NCBI GenBank assembly: GCA_044342325.1
Contig: JBIIPZ010000010.1
Location: 1 to 64,000 of the forward strand
Direction: 5' to 3'
DNA: 64,000 nt
Origin: Terrimicrobiaceae bacterium
GTDB lineage: Bacteria; Verrucomicrobiota; Verrucomicrobiia; Chthoniobacterales; Terrimicrobiaceae
The translations under genes were made by a program, and so were the position numbers. The notes below the pieces were generated by a model. The model did not search any database, was not told the origin of the DNA, and saw only the letters and a list, made by a program, of their open reading frames with translations. The number at the start of each line of letters is the position of its first letter. Position 1 is the first letter of the stretch. Below are positions 18,662-27,615 of this stretch, in pieces.

Positions 18662-20293
18662 TTAAAATTTGGCAATGAGTTTTCCAGAACGCGTCGCCCT
18701 CAGACTCTCGCGAAGAAAAATTTCCACCGGAGGTTTCTCCGGGAAAAGCCTCATCAAGCGGGCTGTGGTCTGCTCGATGCGCTCCAAGGAGGCATTGTAG
18801 AATTCGCGGCAATTGTGGAAGTGCGAAGAGTGACCGCCCAGATTGAGGTCGATGCCGAGGGGAATCACATTGCGGTAGGCCTGCGCATGGCCTTCCTCCG
18901 TTCCGGGAATACTGTGGTTTGCACCGGGCATTTGAAGGGAATCGGCCTCGCCGCGCGTCTGAATGGAGTCGCCCGAGAGAAGAACTCTACGCCCGTTCCA
19001 ATCCAGCCAGTAACCGGCGTGCACCAGGCAATGACCGGGCAGATGCACCGTGTGGATCACAGTTCCATGCCAGACCAGCGGGCTTTGGCGCGTCAATTTG
19101 AGATCTACCGGACACGCCTTCCAACCGACATCATACCATGGCAGGAGTGCGGGATAGGGATAGTCTTCCGGGTGCTCGATCACATCGGCGACAGGGCCCC
19201 AGGCTCCAAGTCGGCACTCCGGATAGCGCTGTTGCACCTCGGGCCAGAGATCGTAGTGGTCGCCGTGGAAATGAGTGACCAGCACAAGATCGATGGCTTT
19301 AAGGCCGGCTTCGGTCTCGAATTTTTCGAGGTCGGCGACAAAATCCTCCTTCCGCGAGGGGTTGCCGAAATCGCACGGGCCGGGATCGACCAGAAGCCCT
19401 AATCCCTCCGAATTGATGATGAGGATGGTGTTGCCGAAATTCGTGATCTGATAGACCGAGTCTCCATGGTCGTGGTAGCGGCCGAGTCGCGCAGGTTCCT
19501 TTTGCGGGAACGCTACCGGCGGAGCCTGGGTGAAGTTCAGAAAATCGCCGACGCGCACCGCCAGCGGGTTGAGCAGGAAAGCAGGGGCCTCCACGGGACC
19601 ACCGGTTGAAGGAAACATCCATGCGGGTTTGAGCGCCGCCGCCTCGCGCAGGGTGGAGGCGATGCGCTCCCAAGGCAGGCCGGCGTAGTTGGACTCGAAG
19701 CCGTGCGCATCGGGCAGGTAGCACGAGGCCTCGACGAGATCGCCGGAAAACAAGGCCATCGTCTCCTCTCCCCGCTCGAGGGCGAAGCCGACGGAGTAGA
19801 AATTCCTGACTGAGAAATCCAGCACGCGGAAGCGGAAGCCGCGCCACTCCAGGAAGTCTCCGGCTTTGAATGTCTGAAACCCCGAAAGCGGCCTGGAAAG
19901 AGGCTGCACGATGAGACTACCCGCGACCCCATAGGTCTCGCGGCCGAAGGTTACCATCCACTCCTCGGGATGTTCCCAAGTGGTGCGGGATTTTTTCCAA
20001 TAATCTTCGGAAACCTTGGCCACCTCGGCAAACGAGGCAGGCAGACGGATTAGGGATTCAAAGTCACTTCCCTCAGAGGCCAGCGCGTCATCCACCTGCG
20101 TGTGCCAGATTTCCTCCGGCACGGGATGCCCTGCGGCAAGGATCGCCGAAGGCTCAAGGCCCGTGATGCAGTTCACCAGCAGGCTGGCGCCCCCGGATAC
20201 AAGCAGATGGCAGGATTTGCCCCCGTTGGAAATAGTCACCACGGAGAGATCCGGAGCCACTGCGAGGGTGCTAGAGAAGATGGTTTCACTCAT
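18662..20293 (-). CDS. Tandem metallo-beta-lactamase-fold hydrolase
   Basis: C-terminal domain has THFHGDH, PGHC, SGDS and GGH. The N-terminal MBL domain is degenerate (HTQVDD, FSGDL). Confidence 0.75.
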   Translation of the reverse strand: MSETIFSSTLAVAPDLSVVTISNGGKSCHLLVSGGASLLVNCITGLEPSAILAAGHPVPEEIWHTQVDDALASEGSDFESLIRLPASFAEVAKVSEDYWKKSRTTWEHPEEWMVTFGRETYGVAGSLIVQPLSRPLSGFQTFKAGDFLEWRGFRFRVLDFSVRNFYSVGFALERGEETMALFSGDLVEASCYLPDAHGFESNYAGLPWERIASTLREAAALKPAWMFPSTGGPVEAPAFLLNPLAVRVGDFLNFTQAPPVAFPQKEPARLGRYHDHGDSVYQITNFGNTILIINSEGLGLLVDPGPCDFGNPSRKEDFVADLEKFETEAGLKAIDLVLVTHFHGDHYDLWPEVQQRYPECRLGAWGPVADVIEHPEDYPYPALLPWYDVGWKACPVDLKLTRQSPLVWHGTVIHTVHLPGHCLVHAGYWLDWNGRRVLLSGDSIQTRGEADSLQMPGANHSIPGTEEGHAQAYRNVIPLGIDLNLGGHSSHFHNCREFYNASLERIEQTTARLMRLFPEKPPVEIFLRESLRATRSGKLIAKF

Positions 20294-22391
20294 GAAGTCT
20301 CTCCTTGAGCCAGAGGATCGAAGTGACGCCCCTTGGATAGTATTTGCTGCCCTGAGCCCTGCCGCTCACGATCTGGTCGCTCCACGCCCAGTAGGTGTTC
20401 CTCGGATCGCGCAGCCAGGCTGCGTGGGTCCGGTCCGCCACGGCGCCGGCCTTGCCCGGGCGTTCCCCAAGGATTTCCGAGGCGATGAACTGGCAGAGAT
20501 AGACCTTGCTGAGCCACGAGTTGTTGCTGGTCGAGCTGATCTTCCAGCCCCCGTCGGGAAACAGGCAGATTCCCTGCTTGAGCACGCCGCGCAGGTGGCG
20601 GCGCAGGGCGGCGATGAGGTCGCCGAATTCGCCGGCAGGCGAGAGGGCTTTCTTGAGGCCGAGGGCATGGGGAATGACGAGTCCCTCGATCGCCGGAATG
20701 ATGCGGCTCTCCACATTCTCGTGAAGGACGGCCGGCAGCAGGCCGTTTTTGTCGGCGGAAGCGGTCACGGTTGCCGCCGCGCGGACGGCCTGTTCGCTGG
20801 CGATGGTGGAGCGTTTCTTGTCGCCGACAACGGCGAACAGGTCGGCCAATCCGACATAGCATCCCCAGCATTTCACGGCGAGGTAGAGGTTGTTTCGGGC
20901 CTGGCCGAGCGAGACATCGAGACTGTCGTAGGTCGTGATCTCGCTACCGCCGGCGCAGCGCGAGCTGTCGAGCGACATCACGCCGTCGCGTTGGGCGGGA
21001 TCGGGGTGGTCGCGGTTGAGCAGGCTGGTGAGGATTTTTTGGAATGTGGGGAGACTCTTTTTCCTCCAAGCCGTGTCGCCCGATTGCTTGGCATAGACGA
21101 GCGCGCAGACAAGCCAGTTCACCAACTCCTCGTGCGACATGTGGGAGAAGCAGCCGTGCAGGCCGCTCTTCTCGTAGACCGAGCGACCGGCGGGCGTGAA
21201 ATGGTTCGTATTGCCCATGTCGTGCGTGAAGGTGATGCCGCCCGGATATTCGGTGGCATCCCCCGGAAACCGCACGGTATCGGTGTAGGAGTAGCGCTGA
21301 AGGAACCAGTCGAGCTCGTTACGCACGGTCCAGGGGTTCATCTCCATCTCGAAGAAAAGCTGGTCGATCGTGAGGTCGAGCGTGTTGATCATCCGGTATT
21401 CGCCCTCGTTCACCACCCAGAGCGGCTTGCCTCCGCATTCCAAGAACTGCGTGCTGCCGTAGTAGCTGTGAACGGCCTGGGCGAGCATGAAGGAACGGGC
21501 CTCGCCGAGCCTGGCCTTGGCCACCTTCTTGTCGAATGCGTCACCGCGTTTCTTGAGCGCGGCGAAGTTTCCAAGCGCATAGGCCGCGACGGATTCGAGT
21601 CCGTCAAAGTGGCGCGTGTAGTGGTAGCGGGTATCGAGCCCGGTGGTGGCCTGCCCCGTGCGATAAAAGCAAACGGCAAAACGGAAGGTCTGCTTTCTGC
21701 CGGGCTTCACCGGGCAGACCATGAGCCCGACGCTACCGATCCCGAATCCTCGATTGAAAGGTTCGGTCTCCTCCAGAATGTGCTCGACGGTGAAGCCGAG
21801 GGCGGAGTGGACGCCGGGCGACTCGCTCGCGATGGCCAGCGTGTCGCCGCAGGCGAAGCCCACGATTTTTTCCGCGCCCTCGAGAAGGCGCATCCCGCGC
21901 ACCGGGTCGTTGCCCTGGAATCCGAAGATCGCCCTGCGCTCCGACTTTGAGCGTGTGTTGTCCACGGTCAGTTCAACGGTCAGCGCGGGCACATAGGCCA
22001 GGCGAAGATCATTTGCCACAGCCTTTCCAGGCTCGGGCGCCGACATCACCGGAGTGTGGATGGTGAAAGTCAAATCCCCCGCGCTCCAAGTGTCGGAACC
22101 CGCCGAGAAGTCGCGCCGGATTTCCTTTTCAGCCCACGGACGCGGAACCACGCGCTTTTGCACCGCCGCGGCCTCCACATCGAAGCGGGCGCTGTCATCC
22201 TCCGTGGTCTCCTGAAAAAACGGCAGGCAGGTGATGCTGTTTTCATCCGCAATGCCGATAAAGACATTCTGATCAGCCGGCTTGCCGAGTTCGAGGCCGA
22301 GTCCGCCCACGGCTCCCTTGGCCCCGAGGGTGAAGCTCGCAAATGAGCCAATCGGTGAATGCTGGGTGTTGAAGAAGATGTTTGTGTTCAT
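20286..22391 (-). CDS. GH52 beta-xylosidase
   Basis: FFNTQHSPIGSFASFTLG, VVNEGEYRMINTLDL, FTHDMG and EITTYDSLDVSLGQARNNLYLA are hallmark GH52 motifs, with both catalytic residues present. Confidence 0.92.
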   Translation of the reverse strand: MNTNIFFNTQHSPIGSFASFTLGAKGAVGGLGLELGKPADQNVFIGIADENSITCLPFFQETTEDDSARFDVEAAAVQKRVVPRPWAEKEIRRDFSAGSDTWSAGDLTFTIHTPVMSAPEPGKAVANDLRLAYVPALTVELTVDNTRSKSERRAIFGFQGNDPVRGMRLLEGAEKIVGFACGDTLAIASESPGVHSALGFTVEHILEETEPFNRGFGIGSVGLMVCPVKPGRKQTFRFAVCFYRTGQATTGLDTRYHYTRHFDGLESVAAYALGNFAALKKRGDAFDKKVAKARLGEARSFMLAQAVHSYYGSTQFLECGGKPLWVVNEGEYRMINTLDLTIDQLFFEMEMNPWTVRNELDWFLQRYSYTDTVRFPGDATEYPGGITFTHDMGNTNHFTPAGRSVYEKSGLHGCFSHMSHEELVNWLVCALVYAKQSGDTAWRKKSLPTFQKILTSLLNRDHPDPAQRDGVMSLDSSRCAGGSEITTYDSLDVSLGQARNNLYLAVKCWGCYVGLADLFAVVGDKKRSTIASEQAVRAAATVTASADKNGLLPAVLHENVESRIIPAIEGLVIPHALGLKKALSPAGEFGDLIAALRRHLRGVLKQGICLFPDGGWKISSTSNNSWLSKVYLCQFIASEILGERPGKAGAVADRTHAAWLRDPRNTYWAWSDQIVSGRAQGSKYYPRGVTSILWLKERLHE

Positions 22392-22431
22392 TTTATTTTT
22401 GGAAAACCGGAATGGTTGTCAGGAATGGAAT

Positions 22432-22593
22432 TTATTGGATATAGGCCGTCGGCTTGGCGCCGCATTCCCGGACCCCACTGTGAATCCAAAGCACAGCAGG
22501 CGAAGGACTTTGGTCCTGATCGAGCAGATAAAGATCCAGAACCTGCGTCGGGCTGCCACCGGCGGGATAAGGATTATCATCAATGGCTCTCAT
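22432..22593 (-). pseudogene. Degenerate N-terminal stub of an alpha/beta-hydrolase (carboxylesterase)
   Basis: MRAIDDNPYPAGGSPTQVLDLYL..PAVLWIHSGVRECGAK resembles D.PY....Q.LDLY.P...P.V.WIHGG.W..G.K. ATGA-coupled to the upstream gene and stops after about 53 aa. Confidence 0.6.
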
Positions 22594-23201
22594 GGCCTGG
22601 AAAAAAAACCGACACCGGCAACCTTCGAAGGAAGGTCGGACAACATCACATGCCGCCATTCGCCCCTACGGTGGAAGCCGCAGACAATGTGCGGTGATGT
22701 GGTCGAGATGACTGGGCTTGGTGCTCCCGGCGTGTAATCGTAGCGACCAAAGGAGAGCAGCCACTCGAGATGGTCGCCGGGAAAGAGACCCTTGAGCGGA
22801 ATCCTTGCCTCGACACTCCATCCCCCGAGAAGGATTGCTGTTTTGCTCGTGAAAAGCGGCTTGGCGACTGCGCGCTCCTCAAGGGTTTTCTTCACATCCG
22901 TTCCATCAAAATAAAGCTGGAGGATGCTGTTGGAGGGGGTCACATGGAGTTCGTAGTAGTCCTTAACGTCGGCGGGCCCGAGGAAAATCTCGAACGCGTC
23001 GCACTGCATGAAAGCCGGGAAATTGAGTGAAAAGACATCCTGCATCGGATGCGCATCGGTCAACTCCGCACGGATGAGGAGTTCGTTTCCCGAAAAGCCG
23101 AGTATGACCTGCCCCGGAGCGAAAGCGGGTTCGGGCTGCGGAAGCCAGGGCTGTGCGAAGGACCAGGCGTGTGTTCGGTTTTCCTTGGAGTCTTTTTTCA
23201 C
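22590..23201 (-). CDS. Carbohydrate-binding family 9-like protein
   Basis: DAFEIFL...YYELHVTPSN...WSVEARIP...FGRYDY...FH. Start GTG 23201 overlaps the upstream stop (GTGA). Confidence 0.7.
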   Translation of the reverse strand: MKKDSKENRTHAWSFAQPWLPQPEPAFAPGQVILGFSGNELLIRAELTDAHPMQDVFSLNFPAFMQCDAFEIFLGPADVKDYYELHVTPSNSILQLYFDGTDVKKTLEERAVAKPLFTSKTAILLGGWSVEARIPLKGLFPGDHLEWLLSFGRYDYTPGAPSPVISTTSPHIVCGFHRRGEWRHVMLSDLPSKVAGVGFFSRP

Positions 23202-23848
23202 AGGCCAGCCGTCTTTTCCAGCCAGCATTTGGCCATGAGGTGATGACCCGCGGCGGAGGGATGCACCCCGTCGGCGGCCCAGTATTCCGGTGGCGCGAGT
23301 TTGACGGCCTCGTCGAACATCGATTGGAACGGCACCAGCACCGCGCCGAATTCCTTGGCAAGTTTTGCGACCACCGCGCGGCGCTCATCGATCTCCTCGA
23401 CCCAGTCGTCGCGGACCACGCCGCAGCGGAGCACAAACGGCTCGCAAAGGACGAACTTCACATTGGGCAAAGCTTCGCGAACCTCGTTGAGCAGGTCGCG
23501 ATAGATGCGCTCATACTTCGGAATGGCAACGCCATTGCTCCAATCGGGATTCTTGCCGTGCCAAGTGTCGTTCACCCCGATGAGGATGCTGAGCAAATCG
23601 GGTTTGAGATTGAGTATGTCGCCCTGAATCCGGGCGTAGAGATCGACGACACGGTTACCGCTGATGCCACGGTTGAATACACGGAGGCTGTCTGCAGGCC
23701 TCGTGCTCAGGAGTTCCGCTGCGGCCATCATGGCGTATCCCTGGCCGAGTCCGCAGAGATCATTTACTTTTCCGGCTGCGTCGCGGTTGCGCCCGCAATC
23801 GGTTATGGAATCGCCTTGGAAGAGGATGGTGCTATTTTTTGGAATCAT
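23198..23848 (-). CDS. SGNH/GDSL esterase (acetylxylan esterase Axe2-like)
   Basis: Blocks FQGDSITD, NRGISGN, IGVND and DGVHP. Confidence 0.9.
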   Translation of the reverse strand: MIPKNSTILFQGDSITDCGRNRDAAGKVNDLCGLGQGYAMMAAAELLSTRPADSLRVFNRGISGNRVVDLYARIQGDILNLKPDLLSILIGVNDTWHGKNPDWSNGVAIPKYERIYRDLLNEVREALPNVKFVLCEPFVLRCGVVRDDWVEEIDERRAVVAKLAKEFGAVLVPFQSMFDEAVKLAPPEYWAADGVHPSAAGHHLMAKCWLEKTAGL

Positions 23849-24960
23849 GGTGTTGGTTTTTGAAAGAGTTCGCCTGGGTTGTCCTTGATCAACACGCCGG
23901 GGCCATGTCCTCCACGGTCGAGGATGAGTTCCTTGAGGGCGCCGGAGTCCATGACATTGTCTTTGATCACCACATTGCGCAGGCCCTCGGCAATGACCCC
24001 GTATTGGGGCGACCAGTTCTCCTCCCTACTGAAGCCGGTGCTGCCCTCGTTGTTCTCGTCATCGAGTCCGGCGACCATCGTGTTGCCGGTGACCGTCACA
24101 CCGCGAGCGCCCGCGAGCACGATGTGGGCGCTGCAGTCCTCGCCGGGGCGATTCCAGATAGGGCGACCGCTGCGGTAGATCATATTGCCAGTGATGCTCG
24201 TGTAGCCGACGCGGCCGACGATGCGGTTGGTCACGACCGGATTGCCAGGCGTGGCCGCGAAGAGGATGCCTGGGCCGCTGCGGTCGATGTAGTTTCCGGT
24301 GATGTTGTAGTGGGAACCGTTGAGGATGCGCAGGCCGCCGAGTTGGTTCCACTCGATCCGGTTGCCGGTGATGGTGACGGCGTTGTTCTCGCCGATGCTC
24401 GCGTAGCCGGCACCGCCATTGAGCGAGAGCCAGTTGTCGAGGACGAATCCGTCCCAACCGCGAACCGAAAGGCCGTGGCCCTTGTTTTCGGAAAACATGT
24501 TGCCACGGACCCGGAAGCACCAGATCCGGCTCAGGCGAACGCCGTCGCCGCTGAAACGCGAGACCTTGCATCCCTCGATGAGCGGGCTGTCCTCGGTGGT
24601 GCCGTAGTCGGGCTTGTCCACCAAGATGCCGTGCACGCCGTCGCCAAGATGCTGTCCATCGAGGCAGAGGCCATTGACCCGCGCGCCGATGGCGAGTGTG
24701 AGATCGAGCAGGCAATGGGCAGATGGGTCGATAAGCTTGAGCGTGGATCCTCCGTTTCCCTTCCATGCGTAGGCGGGCGAGCCGGTGATTGCGGTGTTGG
24801 GATGCACCTTCAGCCGTCCGACGCAATAGGTCCCCGGAGGAACCTCGACGGTCGCCTGACTCTCGGCGGCGAGATCAAGGAGCTTCTGGAAGACGGCTGT
24901 GTCGTCGGTCTTGCCGTCGCCCATGGCGCCGGCGGTTTTGACATTGAATCTGGTGGTCAT
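23845..24960 (-). CDS. Right-handed beta-helix protein (Pectate_lyase_3/GH28-like N-terminus)
   Basis: FNVKTAGAMGDGKTDDTAVFQ...VPPGTY followed by repeated ITGN rungs. Confidence 0.75.
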   Translation of the reverse strand: MTTRFNVKTAGAMGDGKTDDTAVFQKLLDLAAESQATVEVPPGTYCVGRLKVHPNTAITGSPAYAWKGNGGSTLKLIDPSAHCLLDLTLAIGARVNGLCLDGQHLGDGVHGILVDKPDYGTTEDSPLIEGCKVSRFSGDGVRLSRIWCFRVRGNMFSENKGHGLSVRGWDGFVLDNWLSLNGGAGYASIGENNAVTITGNRIEWNQLGGLRILNGSHYNITGNYIDRSGPGILFAATPGNPVVTNRIVGRVGYTSITGNMIYRSGRPIWNRPGEDCSAHIVLAGARGVTVTGNTMVAGLDDENNEGSTGFSREENWSPQYGVIAEGLRNVVIKDNVMDSGALKELILDRGGHGPGVLIKDNPGELFQKPTP

Positions 24961-24964
24961 GATT

Positions 24965-26236
24965 TCAGTGGACTATGTCCGAAGGGCAAGGGTCGTAGTG
25001 CGGATGAGGGGCGTTAGGGATGCGGAGTCCCCCGGTTTGGTAAACCACGGGGGCACCGTCGCATTCGATCTTCAGCGCAGGCCAGAGGCCGGTCTCGTCG
25101 GTTGCGGGCACATTCCCTATCTGAACGCGTGTGCCGCTCTGGGTAAAGGGCAGAGCCTCACCGTTGTCGAGGCGGCATACCGAAAGGACTTTGTTCTGCA
25201 GGCCGCCGAGGGTCGCTTTGTCGCCGGGTGAGCGACGCAGCAGCCAGAAGAGGGAATTACCCTTCACCGTCATCGGGCCGTGGAAATTCCAGTCGCCGCG
25301 ATGGTCGCCGCGTTCCTGCAGGTTGAAGGTGAAAAGTTCGGTGCCGTAGATGGCCTCGCCGTTTTTGCGAAGCCATTCGCCAACGCGGTGCAGCACGCGG
25401 GTGCAGGGCTCGGGCACGATGCCGTCCGGCGTGGGGCCGACATTGAACAGGAGGTTGCCGTTCCCTTGGGCGCAACGGGTGAGCATGTCGAGGACTTGCG
25501 ACTCGGTTTTCCATTCGTGGTCGCCGGCATGGAAACTCCAGCTCTCGTTCATCGTCACGCAGGCTTCCCACGGACGCCACGGATGCGGCGCGCTGAGATG
25601 CTGCTCCGGTGTGGCGAAATCGCCCGGCAGGCCGTTGCGGCCGTTGAAGAGGATGTGCGGTTGGATTTCCCGCACCATGGCGTTCATCTTCTCCGCCTGC
25701 CATCCCTCGGCGTTGAACGGCCACCAGCCGTCATACCAGAGGATGTCGATCGGGTTGTAGCGGGTCACCAACTCGCGGATACGCGCATGCGTGGCGGAGA
25801 TGAATTTTTCGTAGGAAGCAGAGTCCTCCAGCGCGGCGACCGAGTCGGGCTGGTCATACCAGTTGTTGAGACTGTGGTAGAGGCCGACCTTGAGCCCGTG
25901 CTTGCGGGCGGCGGCGATGATCTCGGCGACCAGATCGCGTCCGGCGGCCCCGCTATTGCCGATGTGGAAATCGGAGAGCTCCGTCGGATAGAGCCGGAAT
26001 CCCTCGTGGTGCATCGTCGTGAGCACCACATAGCGCATGCCGGCATCGACTGCCATGCGGCAGAGCTTGTCGGCGTCGAAATGTTTCGCCGTGAAGCGGG
26101 AGGCGAGTTGTTTGTATTCCTCCAGCGGAATCTCCTCACGGTTCCAGACCCACTCCGCGCGTTCGAGCAGGGAGTAGAGGCCATAGTGAATGAAGAGCCC
26201 GTAGCGAGATTCGGTGAACCAGTTGTTTGATGTCAT
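24965..26236 (-). CDS. GH29 alpha-L-fucosidase-family hydrolase
   Basis: GLFIHYGLYS, TTMHHEGF, ILWYDG (nucleophile), DFATPEQ, WEACVTMNESW and NLLFNVGP. Confidence 0.92.
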   Translation of the reverse strand: MTSNNWFTESRYGLFIHYGLYSLLERAEWVWNREEIPLEEYKQLASRFTAKHFDADKLCRMAVDAGMRYVVLTTMHHEGFRLYPTELSDFHIGNSGAAGRDLVAEIIAAARKHGLKVGLYHSLNNWYDQPDSVAALEDSASYEKFISATHARIRELVTRYNPIDILWYDGWWPFNAEGWQAEKMNAMVREIQPHILFNGRNGLPGDFATPEQHLSAPHPWRPWEACVTMNESWSFHAGDHEWKTESQVLDMLTRCAQGNGNLLFNVGPTPDGIVPEPCTRVLHRVGEWLRKNGEAIYGTELFTFNLQERGDHRGDWNFHGPMTVKGNSLFWLLRRSPGDKATLGGLQNKVLSVCRLDNGEALPFTQSGTRVQIGNVPATDETGLWPALKIECDGAPVVYQTGGLRIPNAPHPHYDPCPSDIVH

Positions 26237-26255
26237 GTTGTTCAGAAACGTCGGC

Positions 26256-27611
26256 CTATCGCCCTTGGTTGAGTTTGGGATCTGTCATCTCCCCTTCGAC
26301 AAAGGCGCCCTGTTCATGGAGAGCGTGGCGGATTTCGGCGGAGTCCAGCTCGCGCACATCGTGTTTTCCGAGTGTTGCCGTGAGCGCTGCTGCCACGCCT
26401 GCGGCCTGGCCAATGGCACAGAGCGGTGCCATGACGCGGTAGCTGGAATGGGCTTCGTGCGTGCCGCTGATGCAGCGCGATCCCAGGAGGAGGTTGCGGA
26501 AGCCTTTTGCCCGAATGCTGCGGTAAGGTATATGGTAATAACCCGGCGGGGGAATTATCTCCAGCTGGGTGCCACTGCCGGAGGGATTGTGGATATCGAT
26601 CATGTAAGCGCAGGCGGCAATCATGTCGTCGAACTTCGCCGGGCGCAGACAGTCCTCGGCGGTGAGAATGTAATCGCCGACCACCCGGCGGCCCTCGCGC
26701 ACGCCCATTTTGGTGGAAATGAAATCAACCGTCGCGTTGGCGAAGGCGGGGTGGCGTTTCAATGCAGCGATCAGTTGATTGACCTGCCGTTCCCCTTCGC
26801 GTTTGGCGTCTTCCACGGAGCCCGGTTTGGTGGGATCGACTCCGAGCACGCGCGTGTTGTTGAAGAGAAGGGATTTCCCGTCGGGATATGGCAGCCCAAA
26901 GACTTCGTTCTTGGGGATGTCCACCTCGCCGGCAGCCTTGGCCTCGCGATAAACAACGCTGACGGCGTTATTGAACGCGATCATCTCCGCCCAATTCGGC
27001 AAACGATCGGTGGGGTAATCCACTCCTGCCTTGGCGAAATCAATGTTCGTCAGGCCAAAGGTGAGCGTCGAGGGCTGGAGGGCGCCGTCGCCGTCGCGTC
27101 CGATTTGAAACTCCGCGCCCGCCAGCGCGGAGAGATTGCCGTCGGCGGTCGAGTCGATCCAGACACTCGCCGTCAACCAGCCGGACTCCCGGCCCTCCAT
27201 GCGGACGCGTTGAATTTGGCCGTCAACTGTTACCGCCTCGGCGACATGGGTTCCCGTCCAAACCGTCAGGTTCTCTTCCGCCGCAAGGATTCGTTGGTAG
27301 CGTTCCAACAACAGGCGGTGGTCATAAGTCTCGAGCGCCGGTCCACACCATGGCTCGGGAGCAGGTAAGAGAGCGGGCGAGTCATAGACCTCGGGAAAGA
27401 ACTCGCAATGCAAACCGGTATTGATCGGACGCAGATTGGAATCCCGGAAATTGCAAACGAGTCCGACCGGCGAATGAACTCCGGTGCCGCCGATGACTTC
27501 AGCGGCTTCGAGCAAAAGAACTTTCGCACCGGCACGCGCTGCCGCGACGGCGGCAGAAACTCCACCCACGCCAGCTCCGGCGACGATCACGTCATAATGT
27601 TGTTGTTTCAT
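26256..27611 (-). CDS. FAD-dependent oxidoreductase (FAD_oxidored family)
   Basis: DVIVAGAGVGG, IDSTADG, REGRR, YHIPYRS and RCISGTHEAHSSYRVM..GQAAG. Confidence 0.88.
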   Translation of the reverse strand: MKQQHYDVIVAGAGVGGVSAAVAAARAGAKVLLLEAAEVIGGTGVHSPVGLVCNFRDSNLRPINTGLHCEFFPEVYDSPALLPAPEPWCGPALETYDHRLLLERYQRILAAEENLTVWTGTHVAEAVTVDGQIQRVRMEGRESGWLTASVWIDSTADGNLSALAGAEFQIGRDGDGALQPSTLTFGLTNIDFAKAGVDYPTDRLPNWAEMIAFNNAVSVVYREAKAAGEVDIPKNEVFGLPYPDGKSLLFNNTRVLGVDPTKPGSVEDAKREGERQVNQLIAALKRHPAFANATVDFISTKMGVREGRRVVGDYILTAEDCLRPAKFDDMIAACAYMIDIHNPSGSGTQLEIIPPPGYYHIPYRSIRAKGFRNLLLGSRCISGTHEAHSSYRVMAPLCAIGQAAGVAAALTATLGKHDVRELDSAEIRHALHEQGAFVEGEMTDPKLNQGR

Positions 27612-27615
27612 GATT

